A stretch of 30,360 nucleotides of DNA from positions 1 through 30,360 of the forward strand of contig JAQTNI010000012.1 in NCBI GenBank assembly GCA_028713935.1. Reading direction: 5' to 3'. Positions within the stretch are counted from its first letter, which is position 1; every line of letters starts with the position of its first letter. Below the pieces are notes generated by a model that had not been told where the DNA came from, ran no database searches, and was given only the letters and a program-made list of their open reading frames with translations. Position numbers and translations under genes: made by a program. Shown here piece by piece: positions 22,919-30,360 of this stretch. This DNA is from Candidatus Iainarchaeum sp. Its GTDB lineage: Archaea; Iainarchaeota; Iainarchaeia; Iainarchaeales; GCA-2688035.

Positions 22919-23068
22919 ATGAAATATTTTTGTCCTAAATGCTATGGAAAAAAAATGGTTACAGTGGAATTGGCGCCTGCGGAAGGCGGAATTTATGTGT
23001 GCACTGTGAATGCACAGCACATATTTTTGATTGACAAAGACGGTTACCCAAGGTCAAAAAAAGATTAG
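22919..23068 (+). CDS. 49-aa putative zinc-ribbon protein
   Basis: MKYFCPKCYGKKMVTVELAPAEGGIYVCTVNAQHIFLIDKDGYPRSKKD has CPxC plus C-x5-H ligand candidates. A G-rich stretch (GGGGGA) lies upstream of the ATG. It is not in the supplied track. Confidence 0.4.
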   Translation: MKYFCPKCYGKKMVTVELAPAEGGIYVCTVNAQHIFLIDKDGYPRSKKD

Positions 23069-23120
23069 CAAAACAGAGTTTTCAAACTTGTTCTTAAAAA
23101 AATTCTGATGCTTGGTTGCA

Positions 23121-23720
23121 ATGGCTGACGGCTTGACAGCAAAAATCAGGGCTAGCATTTCAAAGCTCATTGACAGCGGAGCACACCTTGATGCCTACAA
23201 AACAACTGAAATCATTGCAAAAAAGCTCGGGTTAAGCCAGCGCATGATAAACTATACTCACATAGAAATCAGGAATACCTTAAATGAGTTTGGCTTCAAG
23301 TCAGCGCCTTACCCTGAAAGAGTTCTGTTCCTGCCGCATTGCCTTAAAAATTCTGAAAAGTGCAGGGCAAAATACACTGATGAAGGGTTGCAGTGCATGG
23401 ATTGCGGGGCGTGCCAGGTTCCGGAATTGAAAAAAATTGCAAAAGAATTAGGGTATAAGGCAGTTTTCATCACACCAGGAGGTAGCATGGTGGAAAAGCT
23501 TATTGAAAAACACAGGCCAAAAGCAGTCCTTGGGCTCTGCTGCTACGAAGAGGCAAACCTTGCTTTTGACAAGCTAAAAGGAAAAAACATTGCGCCACAG
23601 GCAGTGCTGCTATTGCGTGATGGATGCAGAGACACTCTTGCAAACATAGAAGAAGTAAAGGAAAAAATGCAGATGGCTGACAAAAAAATTTTTGAGGCAA
23701 ACTCAGCCAATATTGAATAA
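23121..23720 (+). CDS. DUF116 family protein (conserved Cys-rich, function unknown)
   Basis: LFLPHCLKNSEKC...LQCMDCGACQV...GYKAVFITPGGSMV...VLGLCCYEE matches my recollection of the DUF116/COG1852 pattern. ATG at 23121; the track start is the TTG at 23112. Confidence 0.6.
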   Translation: MADGLTAKIRASISKLIDSGAHLDAYKTTEIIAKKLGLSQRMINYTHIEIRNTLNEFGFKSAPYPERVLFLPHCLKNSEKCRAKYTDEGLQCMDCGACQVPELKKIAKELGYKAVFITPGGSMVEKLIEKHRPKAVLGLCCYEEANLAFDKLKGKNIAPQAVLLLRDGCRDTLANIEEVKEKMQMADKKIFEANSANIE

Positions 23721-24365
23721 TTCCAAAAAATCTTTTTTTGAAATCGCGCACAAAAAATTGTTTTCAAGGCAGGCAACCCCTTTTTTTGGCAAAAATCCCC
23801 AGATATTTTCAAAGCCGTTTTTTTCAACGGCTTCAAAATATTTTGTGACATTCAGCAACTGTGCCTTTTCCAGCAAAACCCTTGGAATTTTTGGCTTATG
23901 CTTCAAAGCCATGCAAAAAGAATATTCAAGCGCCAGATCAATTTTTTCAATTGAAATAAAAGGAAACAATTCGCATTGCCGAGGCCTGGCCCTGTAAATT
24001 TTACACAAATTCTTGGACAGGAAAATGCATGCGCCATTTTTGCCGCGCTTGAAAGCAATGCTCGGCAGCACAATAAAATGGGAAGGCAATGGCTCAAAGT
24101 GCTTTTTCAATTTTGAAGCAATTTTTTTTGGCAAAAAAACGCTTGAAACAACAAGCGGCCCGCCAGGGCCTTCCACTGGAAAAAGATTCAGGTGCAAAAC
24201 GCAGTTTTTTTCAATGAAATTTTTTTCAGAAATACGCAGAAGCCTCGCCTGCTTTTCCAGCTCTTTCGGCAGCACAGTTATCCAGTAGCGCCTGCAGCAT
24301 TCAGAACAAGCCAAACCTACACAATCAACCTTCATAAGTGCCGAAAAATAATCAATTATTTGCAA
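23703..24365 (-). CDS. YkgJ/UPF0153-like zinc/iron-chelating CxxCxxCC domain protein
   Basis: CSECCRRYW near the N-terminus and ACIFLSKNLCKIYRARPRQCELFPF near the middle. The start is either the TTG at 24365 (abutting the upstream stop) or the ATG at 24335. The 3' end overlaps the DUF116 gene convergently by 18 nt. Confidence 0.6.
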   Translation of the reverse strand: MQIIDYFSALMKVDCVGLACSECCRRYWITVLPKELEKQARLLRISEKNFIEKNCVLHLNLFPVEGPGGPLVVSSVFLPKKIASKLKKHFEPLPSHFIVLPSIAFKRGKNGACIFLSKNLCKIYRARPRQCELFPFISIEKIDLALEYSFCMALKHKPKIPRVLLEKAQLLNVTKYFEAVEKNGFENIWGFLPKKGVACLENNFLCAISKKDFLELFNIG

Positions 24366-24959
24366 CTACCTTGGTTCGTGCTTTACTCCTTCAGAGTATG
24401 GCTTGCAGACAATTTCCTGGATTGCTAGGTCAAAAAATTGGCTGCTATAAGCAGATTTTATTACAATGCAAGTGTCTGCTCCCAGGCCTGTGCCTGCAAT
24501 AGCCATTACCTTTTCTGCATTGGGAATTAATCCTGCATCCGCAGCCATTAGGGAAATTTCTACGCCAACCTTAGTGCCTTCGCCCAGAACTCTCAAAGTA
24601 TCACCCATTACGATTACTGGCCCTGCAGTGCCCCATCTTGCCTTGACTGCCCTTTCAATGCCGGAAAGGCAGTGCGTGCCCCTATGCATCCTGACTTTTA
24701 ATTTTTCTAATTTTGGAACATTTTTGTCCCATTGTTCAATGGTTTCTTTTTTTGTTGAGGCTGAAACAGTGACTGCCACAATATTGACAGCCAGATTCCT
24801 GAATTTTTCAGCTGCCTTCAGGGCAGTAGCACCGCTATGCGAAGCAACAACAATATGCCTTATGCCGCCTTCTTTTAATCTTGCATAGGCAGAATCCAAT
24901 GCATCAGAAGTATTTTTCTCTCCTGGCTCTTCAAAATAAAAAATTTTTCTTTCTTTCAT
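24366..24959 (-). CDS. stand-alone pyruvate kinase C-terminal (alpha/beta) domain-like protein
   Basis: 197 aa. The segments IRHIVVASHSGATALKAAE, IVAVT and MAIAGTGLGADTCIV resemble PK_C-domain-only archaeal proteins (from memory). Confidence 0.55.
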   Translation of the reverse strand: MKERKIFYFEEPGEKNTSDALDSAYARLKEGGIRHIVVASHSGATALKAAEKFRNLAVNIVAVTVSASTKKETIEQWDKNVPKLEKLKVRMHRGTHCLSGIERAVKARWGTAGPVIVMGDTLRVLGEGTKVGVEISLMAADAGLIPNAEKVMAIAGTGLGADTCIVIKSAYSSQFFDLAIQEIVCKPYSEGVKHEPR

Positions 24960-24963
24960 AAAA

Positions 24964-25036
24964 AGCCTCTGGTGGGATTCGAACCCACAACCCCCGGTTT
25001 ACAAAACCGGAGCAAAAACCGTTATGCTTCAGAGGC
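24964..25036 (-). tRNA. tRNA-Thr(UGU)
   Basis: Read on the minus strand: acceptor GCCTCTG/CAGAGGC plus T; D-arm GCAT/TTGC (13:22 mismatch); anticodon stem CCGGT/ACCGG with loop TTTGTAA (TGT); T-arm GTGGG/TTCGAAT/CCCAC. It ends 4 nt upstream of the PK_C-like start codon. Confidence 0.85.
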
Positions 25037-25107
25037 CCAAGTTAACAGCATAATAATTCGTTTTCAAAAAAGTATTTAAACCAACAGGAATAAAAAGCAT
25101 TTAAAAA

Positions 25108-26703
25108 TCAGTGTTTCCCGATTCCGTTCGGGACCTGGACCTTGCTTGGCTGTTTTGCTTCTTCAAGCTTTTTCCTGCAAAGCGCCCTTTTGTAAAAATC
25201 ATCGGAAAGCTTTCTGCCGAATTTTTGTTCCCATTCTTTTATTGGAAGGCCGAATTCTTTCTGTATCTTGTCCCTGTACCATTCGGGCACAACATTGAAG
25301 GCGCAGAAAGGCACAATTGGCATTTCTTTGGAGGGAGTTGCATAATGGATGCAGCAGCTTTTCACCCTGTCAATGTCATAATTGTACAAATCCATAAAAT
25401 GCATCATGCCAATGAACATGCTGTTCTTGTGGAAAATTCCCAGGGCATCATAATCGTGCTTTATGAAGACATCAAACAAAATTTTTCCAAAATTAAGTCC
25501 TTTAGGGGCATTGCTTTTGTCGATAAAAGAATTGAATTTGAAAAGCATTTCAGCGCCAACCCAGAGCTTGCTTTTGCCGTTTTCAAGCTCTGCTGCCTTT
25601 TCATCCAAAAATTCAATAAGTGCGGGAACATCCAAAAATCTTGTGATTGGAATCATTTTGTTTCCTTCCTTGAAAACATAGGTTCCCATGCCGCAGGCAA
25701 AATGCGAGGAAAGCTCATACTGCGGCTTTTTTGTCATCTGCTCAATAAACCTGCTCAAAGGCATTACAGTTGGCACAGGATAAAAATCGTCCCTTGAAAT
25801 TTCCCCTGCTGTCTGAGCCTCAATTCTTTTTATTACATCAGGAATAGTAATCCTGAATTGCTCCCTTTTTTTCTGTGGCATTCTTCCTACAAGCGAAACA
25901 GGCTGGAAATTAATTGCCCTTATAATATCAATATTCTGGAACCCGAAACGCAGAATGTCCCCGACTTCGTTGTCATTGACGCTGTTAATGACTGTCGGCA
26001 CAAGCACAATACCAAGGCCTGCTTTTCTGCAATTGTCCATTGCCAATGGAACTTCCCAATGGTTTTTCGGGTTTGTTTTTTCAGTAACCCCATCAAAGCT
26101 AAGGTAAACAGTATTGATGCCAGCATTCCTCACTTCAGAAGCAAGATTTTCTTTGAGGGCAAGGTTGACTCCGTCAGTATTCAATTGCACATGCTCAATT
26201 CCGTTTTCTTTTATTATCCTGATTATGTCAAGCAGGTCTTTCCTCAAAGTAGGCTCTCCGCCTGTAAGCTGGATTGCATTGCAGGGAACAGGCTTTTCAT
26301 TCCGCAGGTTTAGAACCATTTCCTTTACCTGTTCAAGGGTTGGCTCAAAAACATAGCCTGCTTTTTCCGCGAAAAAAAAGCAGTACCAGCAGTTCAAATC
26401 ACACCTGTTTGTAATAACCATGTTTGCAAGCGCTGTGTGGCCTTTGTGCTGCGGGCATAAGCCGCAGTCTTTAGGGCAGTCTTTTTCAACCTTGGTGCTT
26501 GGGTTTTCAATTACTTTTGCTTCCCTGCCATAAGAAGCGGCTTTTTTGTACATTTCAGAGTCGCCCCAGTAAAGCTCCCTGAATTTTCCGTGTTCAGGGC
26601 AGGTTTTTTCAATCCAGACTTTTCCCGCTTCTTCAAAAATAGATGCTTTCAAAAAAGAAAGGCATTCAGGGCACAGGGAAAGTGTTTCTTTCAGGTTAGT
26701 CAT
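25108..26703 (-). CDS. radical SAM protein, COG1964 / MJ0619 family (tetraether lipid synthase Tes / GDGT-MAS-like)
   Basis: 531 aa. N-terminal Zn-ribbon-like CPEC...CPEHG; extra cluster motif CPKDCGLCPQH; radical SAM CDLNCWYC (CX3CX2C); QLTGGEPT; INFQPVS; C-terminal CCIHYATP...PFCAFN. This architecture matches my recollection of MJ0619-type enzymes. Confidence 0.7.
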   Translation of the reverse strand: MTNLKETLSLCPECLSFLKASIFEEAGKVWIEKTCPEHGKFRELYWGDSEMYKKAASYGREAKVIENPSTKVEKDCPKDCGLCPQHKGHTALANMVITNRCDLNCWYCFFFAEKAGYVFEPTLEQVKEMVLNLRNEKPVPCNAIQLTGGEPTLRKDLLDIIRIIKENGIEHVQLNTDGVNLALKENLASEVRNAGINTVYLSFDGVTEKTNPKNHWEVPLAMDNCRKAGLGIVLVPTVINSVNDNEVGDILRFGFQNIDIIRAINFQPVSLVGRMPQKKREQFRITIPDVIKRIEAQTAGEISRDDFYPVPTVMPLSRFIEQMTKKPQYELSSHFACGMGTYVFKEGNKMIPITRFLDVPALIEFLDEKAAELENGKSKLWVGAEMLFKFNSFIDKSNAPKGLNFGKILFDVFIKHDYDALGIFHKNSMFIGMMHFMDLYNYDIDRVKSCCIHYATPSKEMPIVPFCAFNVVPEWYRDKIQKEFGLPIKEWEQKFGRKLSDDFYKRALCRKKLEEAKQPSKVQVPNGIGKH

Positions 26704-26801
26704 AATCTCAAACTTTTAATAGTTTTTAAAAGTTCTAATAGTAATAACCGTGTGCATAAGTATTAAAAAAGGTTTTCGGTTGTTTCTAATAAGTGTTTAA
26801 A

Positions 26802-27293
26802 ATGGGGGAAAATTCGGACAAAGTTGCGGAAATAGAGAAACAAATTTTTTCCTCTTTTGCTGCTGTTGCAAAAACAATCGGCTACAGCGATTTGCATGGA
26901 AAAATAATTGCGGCGCTCACTGTTGAAAACAAGCCTGTTTCGCTTCAGGAACTTGCAAAAAAACTTGGCTACAGCCCTGCAATGCTTTCCCTGAGCATTG
27001 ATTTTTTGGAAGTGCTTGGCGTTGTAAAAAGAATCAAGAAAACAGGCGACAGGCAGCTTTATGTCACTTTCCAGGGAAACTTATTGGACTGCCTGAGAAA
27101 GGCAATCCTGTTCAAGGCAGACCAGAGCATTTCAGAATCAATGATTGCATTTGAACAGCAAAAAAAAGATTTGCAGCAGATAAATGATTCCCCTGAAAAG
27201 GGAAAAGTTCTAAGGGCACTGAACATTCTGCAGAAAGAAATAAACAGGCTGCAGAAATACCTTAAAATTCTTTCAAAAATAAAACTACCCTAG
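26802..27293 (+). CDS. winged-helix transcriptional regulator (MarR/GbsR-like)
   Basis: KIIAALTVENKPVSLQELAKKLGYSPAMLSLSIDFLEVLGVVKRIKKTGDRQLY is an HTH plus wing. It is divergent from the radical SAM gene, and the C-terminus is coiled-coil-like. Confidence 0.6.
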   Translation: MGENSDKVAEIEKQIFSSFAAVAKTIGYSDLHGKIIAALTVENKPVSLQELAKKLGYSPAMLSLSIDFLEVLGVVKRIKKTGDRQLYVTFQGNLLDCLRKAILFKADQSISESMIAFEQQKKDLQQINDSPEKGKVLRALNILQKEINRLQKYLKILSKIKLP

Positions 27294-27301
27294 GTGATTC
27301 A

Positions 27302-27745
27302 ATGGAAAAAACAATTCAGTTCGTGGCGAATTATGATGAATGGCAGGCAGTGAAAAAGCTTGGAATTGATGAAAAGACTGATCCAAAAACAATAATGGAA
27401 TTTTTGGCAAGCCTTGGCACAAGCCTTGACAACAAGATAGAAGCCAATCTTGGAAAAATCGTTGACCTGAAAAAAATTGATGCCGCAATAAGCGAATTAA
27501 AAATTGGAAAAACAGATTCTGAAATTGCTGAAATCCTGGCCGATGTTAACAGCAGGAAAATAAATGCAATTATAAATGAAATCTGCGAAAAAGAAGGCAG
27601 GCAGCCAAATGAACAGAGAGAGCTGAAAGGCTTCTGCAGGGTTTATGCAATGAAAACAGCGCTTAAAAAATGCGGCCTGAATGTTGATTATTCTGGCATT
27701 GAAATTCCGGGAATGAAAAGAATAATGAAAAAAAAGAAGGAATAA
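27302..27745 (+). CDS. hypothetical protein
   Basis: 147-aa ORF beginning 9 nt after the regulator stop. Coding-like composition, Lys-rich tail, no motif I recognise. Confidence 0.45.
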   Translation: MEKTIQFVANYDEWQAVKKLGIDEKTDPKTIMEFLASLGTSLDNKIEANLGKIVDLKKIDAAISELKIGKTDSEIAEILADVNSRKINAIINEICEKEGRQPNEQRELKGFCRVYAMKTALKKCGLNVDYSGIEIPGMKRIMKKKKE

Positions 27746-27773
27746 AAAATTAAAAGGGAGAAATGTTTTTGCT

Positions 27774-28637
27774 ATGCTTGAACAGGTAATGCAGTTTGAC
27801 AATGCCTTTTTGCATGCAGTGCAGGCAATTTCTTCACAGCCATTGGACCTGCTAATGGCCGGCATTACGCTTTTTGGAAACCCTGTTTTCTGGCTGCTGA
27901 TAGTTGCTTTTCTCTACTGGCAGGGAAAAGAGCACGAATCATTCCATCTTGTAAACCTCATTGCAATCAGCTCAATTGTTATTGGCGCAGTGAAAAACAT
28001 TGTTGCAAGGCCAAGGCCTTCCGCAAACGATTTCAGGGTTGTTTCAACTGACAATTTCTCCCTTGACACGTATTCTTTTCCGTCAGGCCATTCTTCCCTG
28101 ATCGCGGCAAACTTTTTCTACTTAAAAAATTTTTTGAAAAAAAATTTGAAAATAATTTTTGCAATAATTGCGGTGCTCGTGGCTTTTTCAAGGCTTTACC
28201 TTGGCATGCATTACCTGACAGATGTGATTGCCGGCCTTATTATTGGCTCAATAATTGGCTGGGCATATTACAGGCTTGCGGGAAAAATTGCGCACAGCAG
28301 GCTTCAACTTACAAAATCGGGCGATGCAATCGCAATAATCGCAATCCTGGCAGCGGCAATAATCCTTGTCGGCTTAATGCAGTCAATTCCGCTCAGTGCA
28401 GCGCTAATTGGATATTATCTCGGATTTTTTTCTCTGAAAGAAATCGGGCTTCATGGAAAAGAGCTTTCAAGGCAAAAATTCATTACAAAACAGGCAATCG
28501 GCTTCATAGTGCTTCTGGGCATAACCGCTTATGCATATTCAGGGCCTGCTTTTTCGGTTTTATGGTATGGGCTCGCAGGATTCTGGATCAGCTGCCTCTG
28601 GCCCCTTATTTTTGACAAAACAATAACACACGACTAA
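27774..28637 (+). CDS. PAP2 superfamily lipid phosphatase (membrane-bound)
   Basis: All three PAP2 motifs are present: KNIVARPRP (KxxxxxxRP), PSGHSS (PSGH) and SRLYLGMHYLTDV (SRxxxxxHxxxD). Multiple TM helices. Confidence 0.8.
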   Translation: MLEQVMQFDNAFLHAVQAISSQPLDLLMAGITLFGNPVFWLLIVAFLYWQGKEHESFHLVNLIAISSIVIGAVKNIVARPRPSANDFRVVSTDNFSLDTYSFPSGHSSLIAANFFYLKNFLKKNLKIIFAIIAVLVAFSRLYLGMHYLTDVIAGLIIGSIIGWAYYRLAGKIAHSRLQLTKSGDAIAIIAILAAAIILVGLMQSIPLSAALIGYYLGFFSLKEIGLHGKELSRQKFITKQAIGFIVLLGITAYAYSGPAFSVLWYGLAGFWISCLWPLIFDKTITHD

Positions 28638-28708
28638 AATTGCATAAAAACCATTTCTTTTCCCTTAACAAAAAAAATAAAAACAACAAAAGGGCATATT
28701 AATTATAC

Positions 28709-29509
28709 ATGCCTCAAGGTAATTGGATTATGCCTGCAAAAAGAAAACCAAAAAAAGAAATTGAAAAAAGATTTGAAGATTTTGGGGAAGAAATGGAAGG
28801 TTTCGGAAAAAAATTTGAATGCCCAGCCCAAAGGCCTTTTGGCATTATCTGGCCAATTGTCTCAAGCATTTTTGGAATAATACTCCTTGCAATAGCAATC
28901 TGGCTGCTTGGTTTTATAAGCAGGGAAAGTGGAATCGGCTTTCTTGCCGCAATATCAAATTTTTTGCTTAATTACATAGGCCTGTTTTTTATACTTTCAA
29001 TTTTTTTTTCATACGCGGATTATTTCCGCAGAATAGCCAAAAAAGAATTCGCGCCTTTCTCGCCAATCGCAGGCGCGGCAGGAGTGACATTTGCATTTTG
29101 GATACTTGCGCACTTATTGCTTATAGCAAATAGTTACATTTCAATTGCGATATTGCAAAAAATCGCGCTTTTTGCCCTTGCACAAAAATACCTGATTTTT
29201 GTTTTTTTCCTTTTTGTTTTGTACCTTGCATTTTTGCTTGGAAGGAAAGAGGAAGAAAAAATTATTCGGGAGGAAAAACACTTGAACAAAAAAAGTGAAA
29301 AACAATCGGGAATCAAAAGGCTTTACAGGTCTGGAAAAGAAAAACTTCTGGGCGGGGTGTGCGGAGGAATAGCGGAATATTTTAACATAGACCCAGTAAT
29401 TGTGCGCCTGTTATGGATAGCGCTTTGCTTTGCAGGCGGGGCAGGCATAATTCTCTATATAATAGCCTGGATAATTATCCCAAGAAACCCTGAACACAAA
29501 TGGAACTGA
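28709..29509 (+). CDS. membrane protein with a C-terminal PspC domain
   Basis: LYRSGKEKLLGGVCGGIAEYFNIDPVIVRLLWIALCFAGGAGIILYIIAWIIIP is a canonical PspC domain. It is preceded by about 4 TM helices. Confidence 0.75.
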   Translation: MPQGNWIMPAKRKPKKEIEKRFEDFGEEMEGFGKKFECPAQRPFGIIWPIVSSIFGIILLAIAIWLLGFISRESGIGFLAAISNFLLNYIGLFFILSIFFSYADYFRRIAKKEFAPFSPIAGAAGVTFAFWILAHLLLIANSYISIAILQKIALFALAQKYLIFVFFLFVLYLAFLLGRKEEEKIIREEKHLNKKSEKQSGIKRLYRSGKEKLLGGVCGGIAEYFNIDPVIVRLLWIALCFAGGAGIILYIIAWIIIPRNPEHKWN

Positions 29510-30090
29510 ACCTGATGCCAAAAAATTCCCTGCTGGGCTTCTTTGAAACAATAAACAAATTAAAGCACACAAAAAGGACTGGCTGGGTGCTTTGCGGAGT
29601 GAAAAATGCGGAAAGCGTTGCAGAGCATTCATTCAGAGTGGCAGTAATGGCTTTTTTTCTTGCAAAAAAATTAAAATGCAATTCTGAAAAACTAGTGAAA
29701 ATGTGCCTGTTGCACGACCTTCATGAAAGCATTTCTGGCGACTTGATTCTTGATTACTCAAAATATGGCGAAAAACTCGGGGGCCTTGGCAAAGAAGAAA
29801 AGGCGGCAAAGGAAAAAAAAGCATTCGAGGAATTAACACAAATTATTGGACAAAAGGATTCAAAAGGATTCAGGGAATCATGGCTTGAATTTGAAGAAGG
29901 GAAAACAAAAGAGGCAATAATTGCAAAAGAACTTGATGTGCTCGAAATGATGATCCAAGTTGCCGAATACCAAAAAAACAAAAACTTTGAAATTCCCCTC
30001 TGGCCAATCTGGATAAAGGAAAACAGAGGGAGAATAAAAAACCCTGAATTAAAAAAAATTTTGTCTGAAATTGAAAAACAAATGGTTTAG
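29500..30090 (+). CDS. HD-domain phosphohydrolase (YfbR-like 5'-deoxynucleotidase family)
   Basis: KRTGW, ESVAEHSFRVAVMA and LLHDLHESISGD are the H...HD...D metal-binding pattern of HD_3/YfbR-type proteins. Confidence 0.75.
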   Translation: MELNLMPKNSLLGFFETINKLKHTKRTGWVLCGVKNAESVAEHSFRVAVMAFFLAKKLKCNSEKLVKMCLLHDLHESISGDLILDYSKYGEKLGGLGKEEKAAKEKKAFEELTQIIGQKDSKGFRESWLEFEEGKTKEAIIAKELDVLEMMIQVAEYQKNKNFEIPLWPIWIKENRGRIKNPELKKILSEIEKQMV

Positions 30091-30110
30091 TGCGGGCAAT
30101 TAGATTTCTT

Positions 30111-30350
30111 TTATATAGTATAATCCAGGATTCCAAAGAAATCAATTGCATTGTTTAGAAAGAAATAAAACAATGCCCCCTGAAAAAAAAGAACCATTAT
30201 TCGGATTAGGCTTTTTTTCAAGTTTGAATTTGCATTCCGCAAAAAATAGGTTGTTTTTATTTTTGCATCCTTGTTTTTTCCGACAAGCGGGCCGTAAATG
30301 ACTTTTTTTTCCAATGGATTGTATTTTAACCTGAATTCCAGCAGTGACAA
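30111..30350 (-). CDS. hypothetical ORF (weak)
   Basis: 79-aa ORF at the window edge, convergent with the HD gene. No recognisable motif and a low-complexity hydrophobic C-terminus. Confidence 0.2.
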   Translation of the reverse strand: MSLLEFRLKYNPLEKKVIYGPLVGKNKDAKIKTTYFLRNANSNLKKSLIRIMVLFFQGALFYFFLNNAIDFFGILDYTI

Positions 30351-30360
30351 TTGCTTACCC

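Noticed and set aside
25111-25797. 228-aa plus-strand ORF. The same applies to 24466-24888 (+), 18673-19158 (-), 9723-10238 (-) and 8167-8694 (-).
   Set aside because: All are embedded antisense in genes with strong family signatures or signal peptides, and they have no independent motifs.

Overview
AT-rich (roughly 35-40% GC by eye) archaeal contig, most consistent with a small-genome DPANN-type archaeon. This is an inference from several features: BHB-type introns after tRNA position 37, TATA boxes about 25-30 nt upstream of several starts, AAGGTG/GGAGGTG Shine-Dalgarno sites, a class III (pilin-type) signal peptide, a giant surface protein, and patchy metabolism. I can support 7 tRNA genes, 4 of them with introns, and about 35 CDSs. 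The CDSs include housekeeping genes (rpiB, aldehyde dehydrogenase, hisS, a SAM methyltransferase, a CYTH protein). They also include a free-standing LAGLIDADG endonuclease overlapping a tRNA, three tandem paralogous Cys-rich secreted proteins, and a 2502-aa membrane-anchored giant protein with about 7 CarboxypepD_reg-like beta-sandwich repeats and an unusual Gln/Ala-rich module. A small accessory block lies next to tRNA-Glu (duplicated His/Cys domain protein, Bro-N/DinD-like protein, nucleotidyltransferase fusion plus a coupled basic peptide). There is a cluster of Cys-motif proteins (Zn-ribbon, DUF116, YkgJ-like, PK_C-like). An envelope/lipid-themed block holds a COG1964/MJ0619-family radical SAM enzyme (tetraether-synthase-like), a wHTH regulator, a PAP2 phosphatase and a PspC-domain protein. 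I saw no rRNA, CRISPR array, transposase or integrase. Non-coding oddities are a recurring TTTTCC(C)AAGG motif, TTCGAA-centred palindromes, polypyrimidine/polypurine hairpins at tRNA genes, a GC-rich island of ambiguous coding status, and a nested-stem RNA candidate. All functional calls rest on motif recognition from memory and were not checked by searches.
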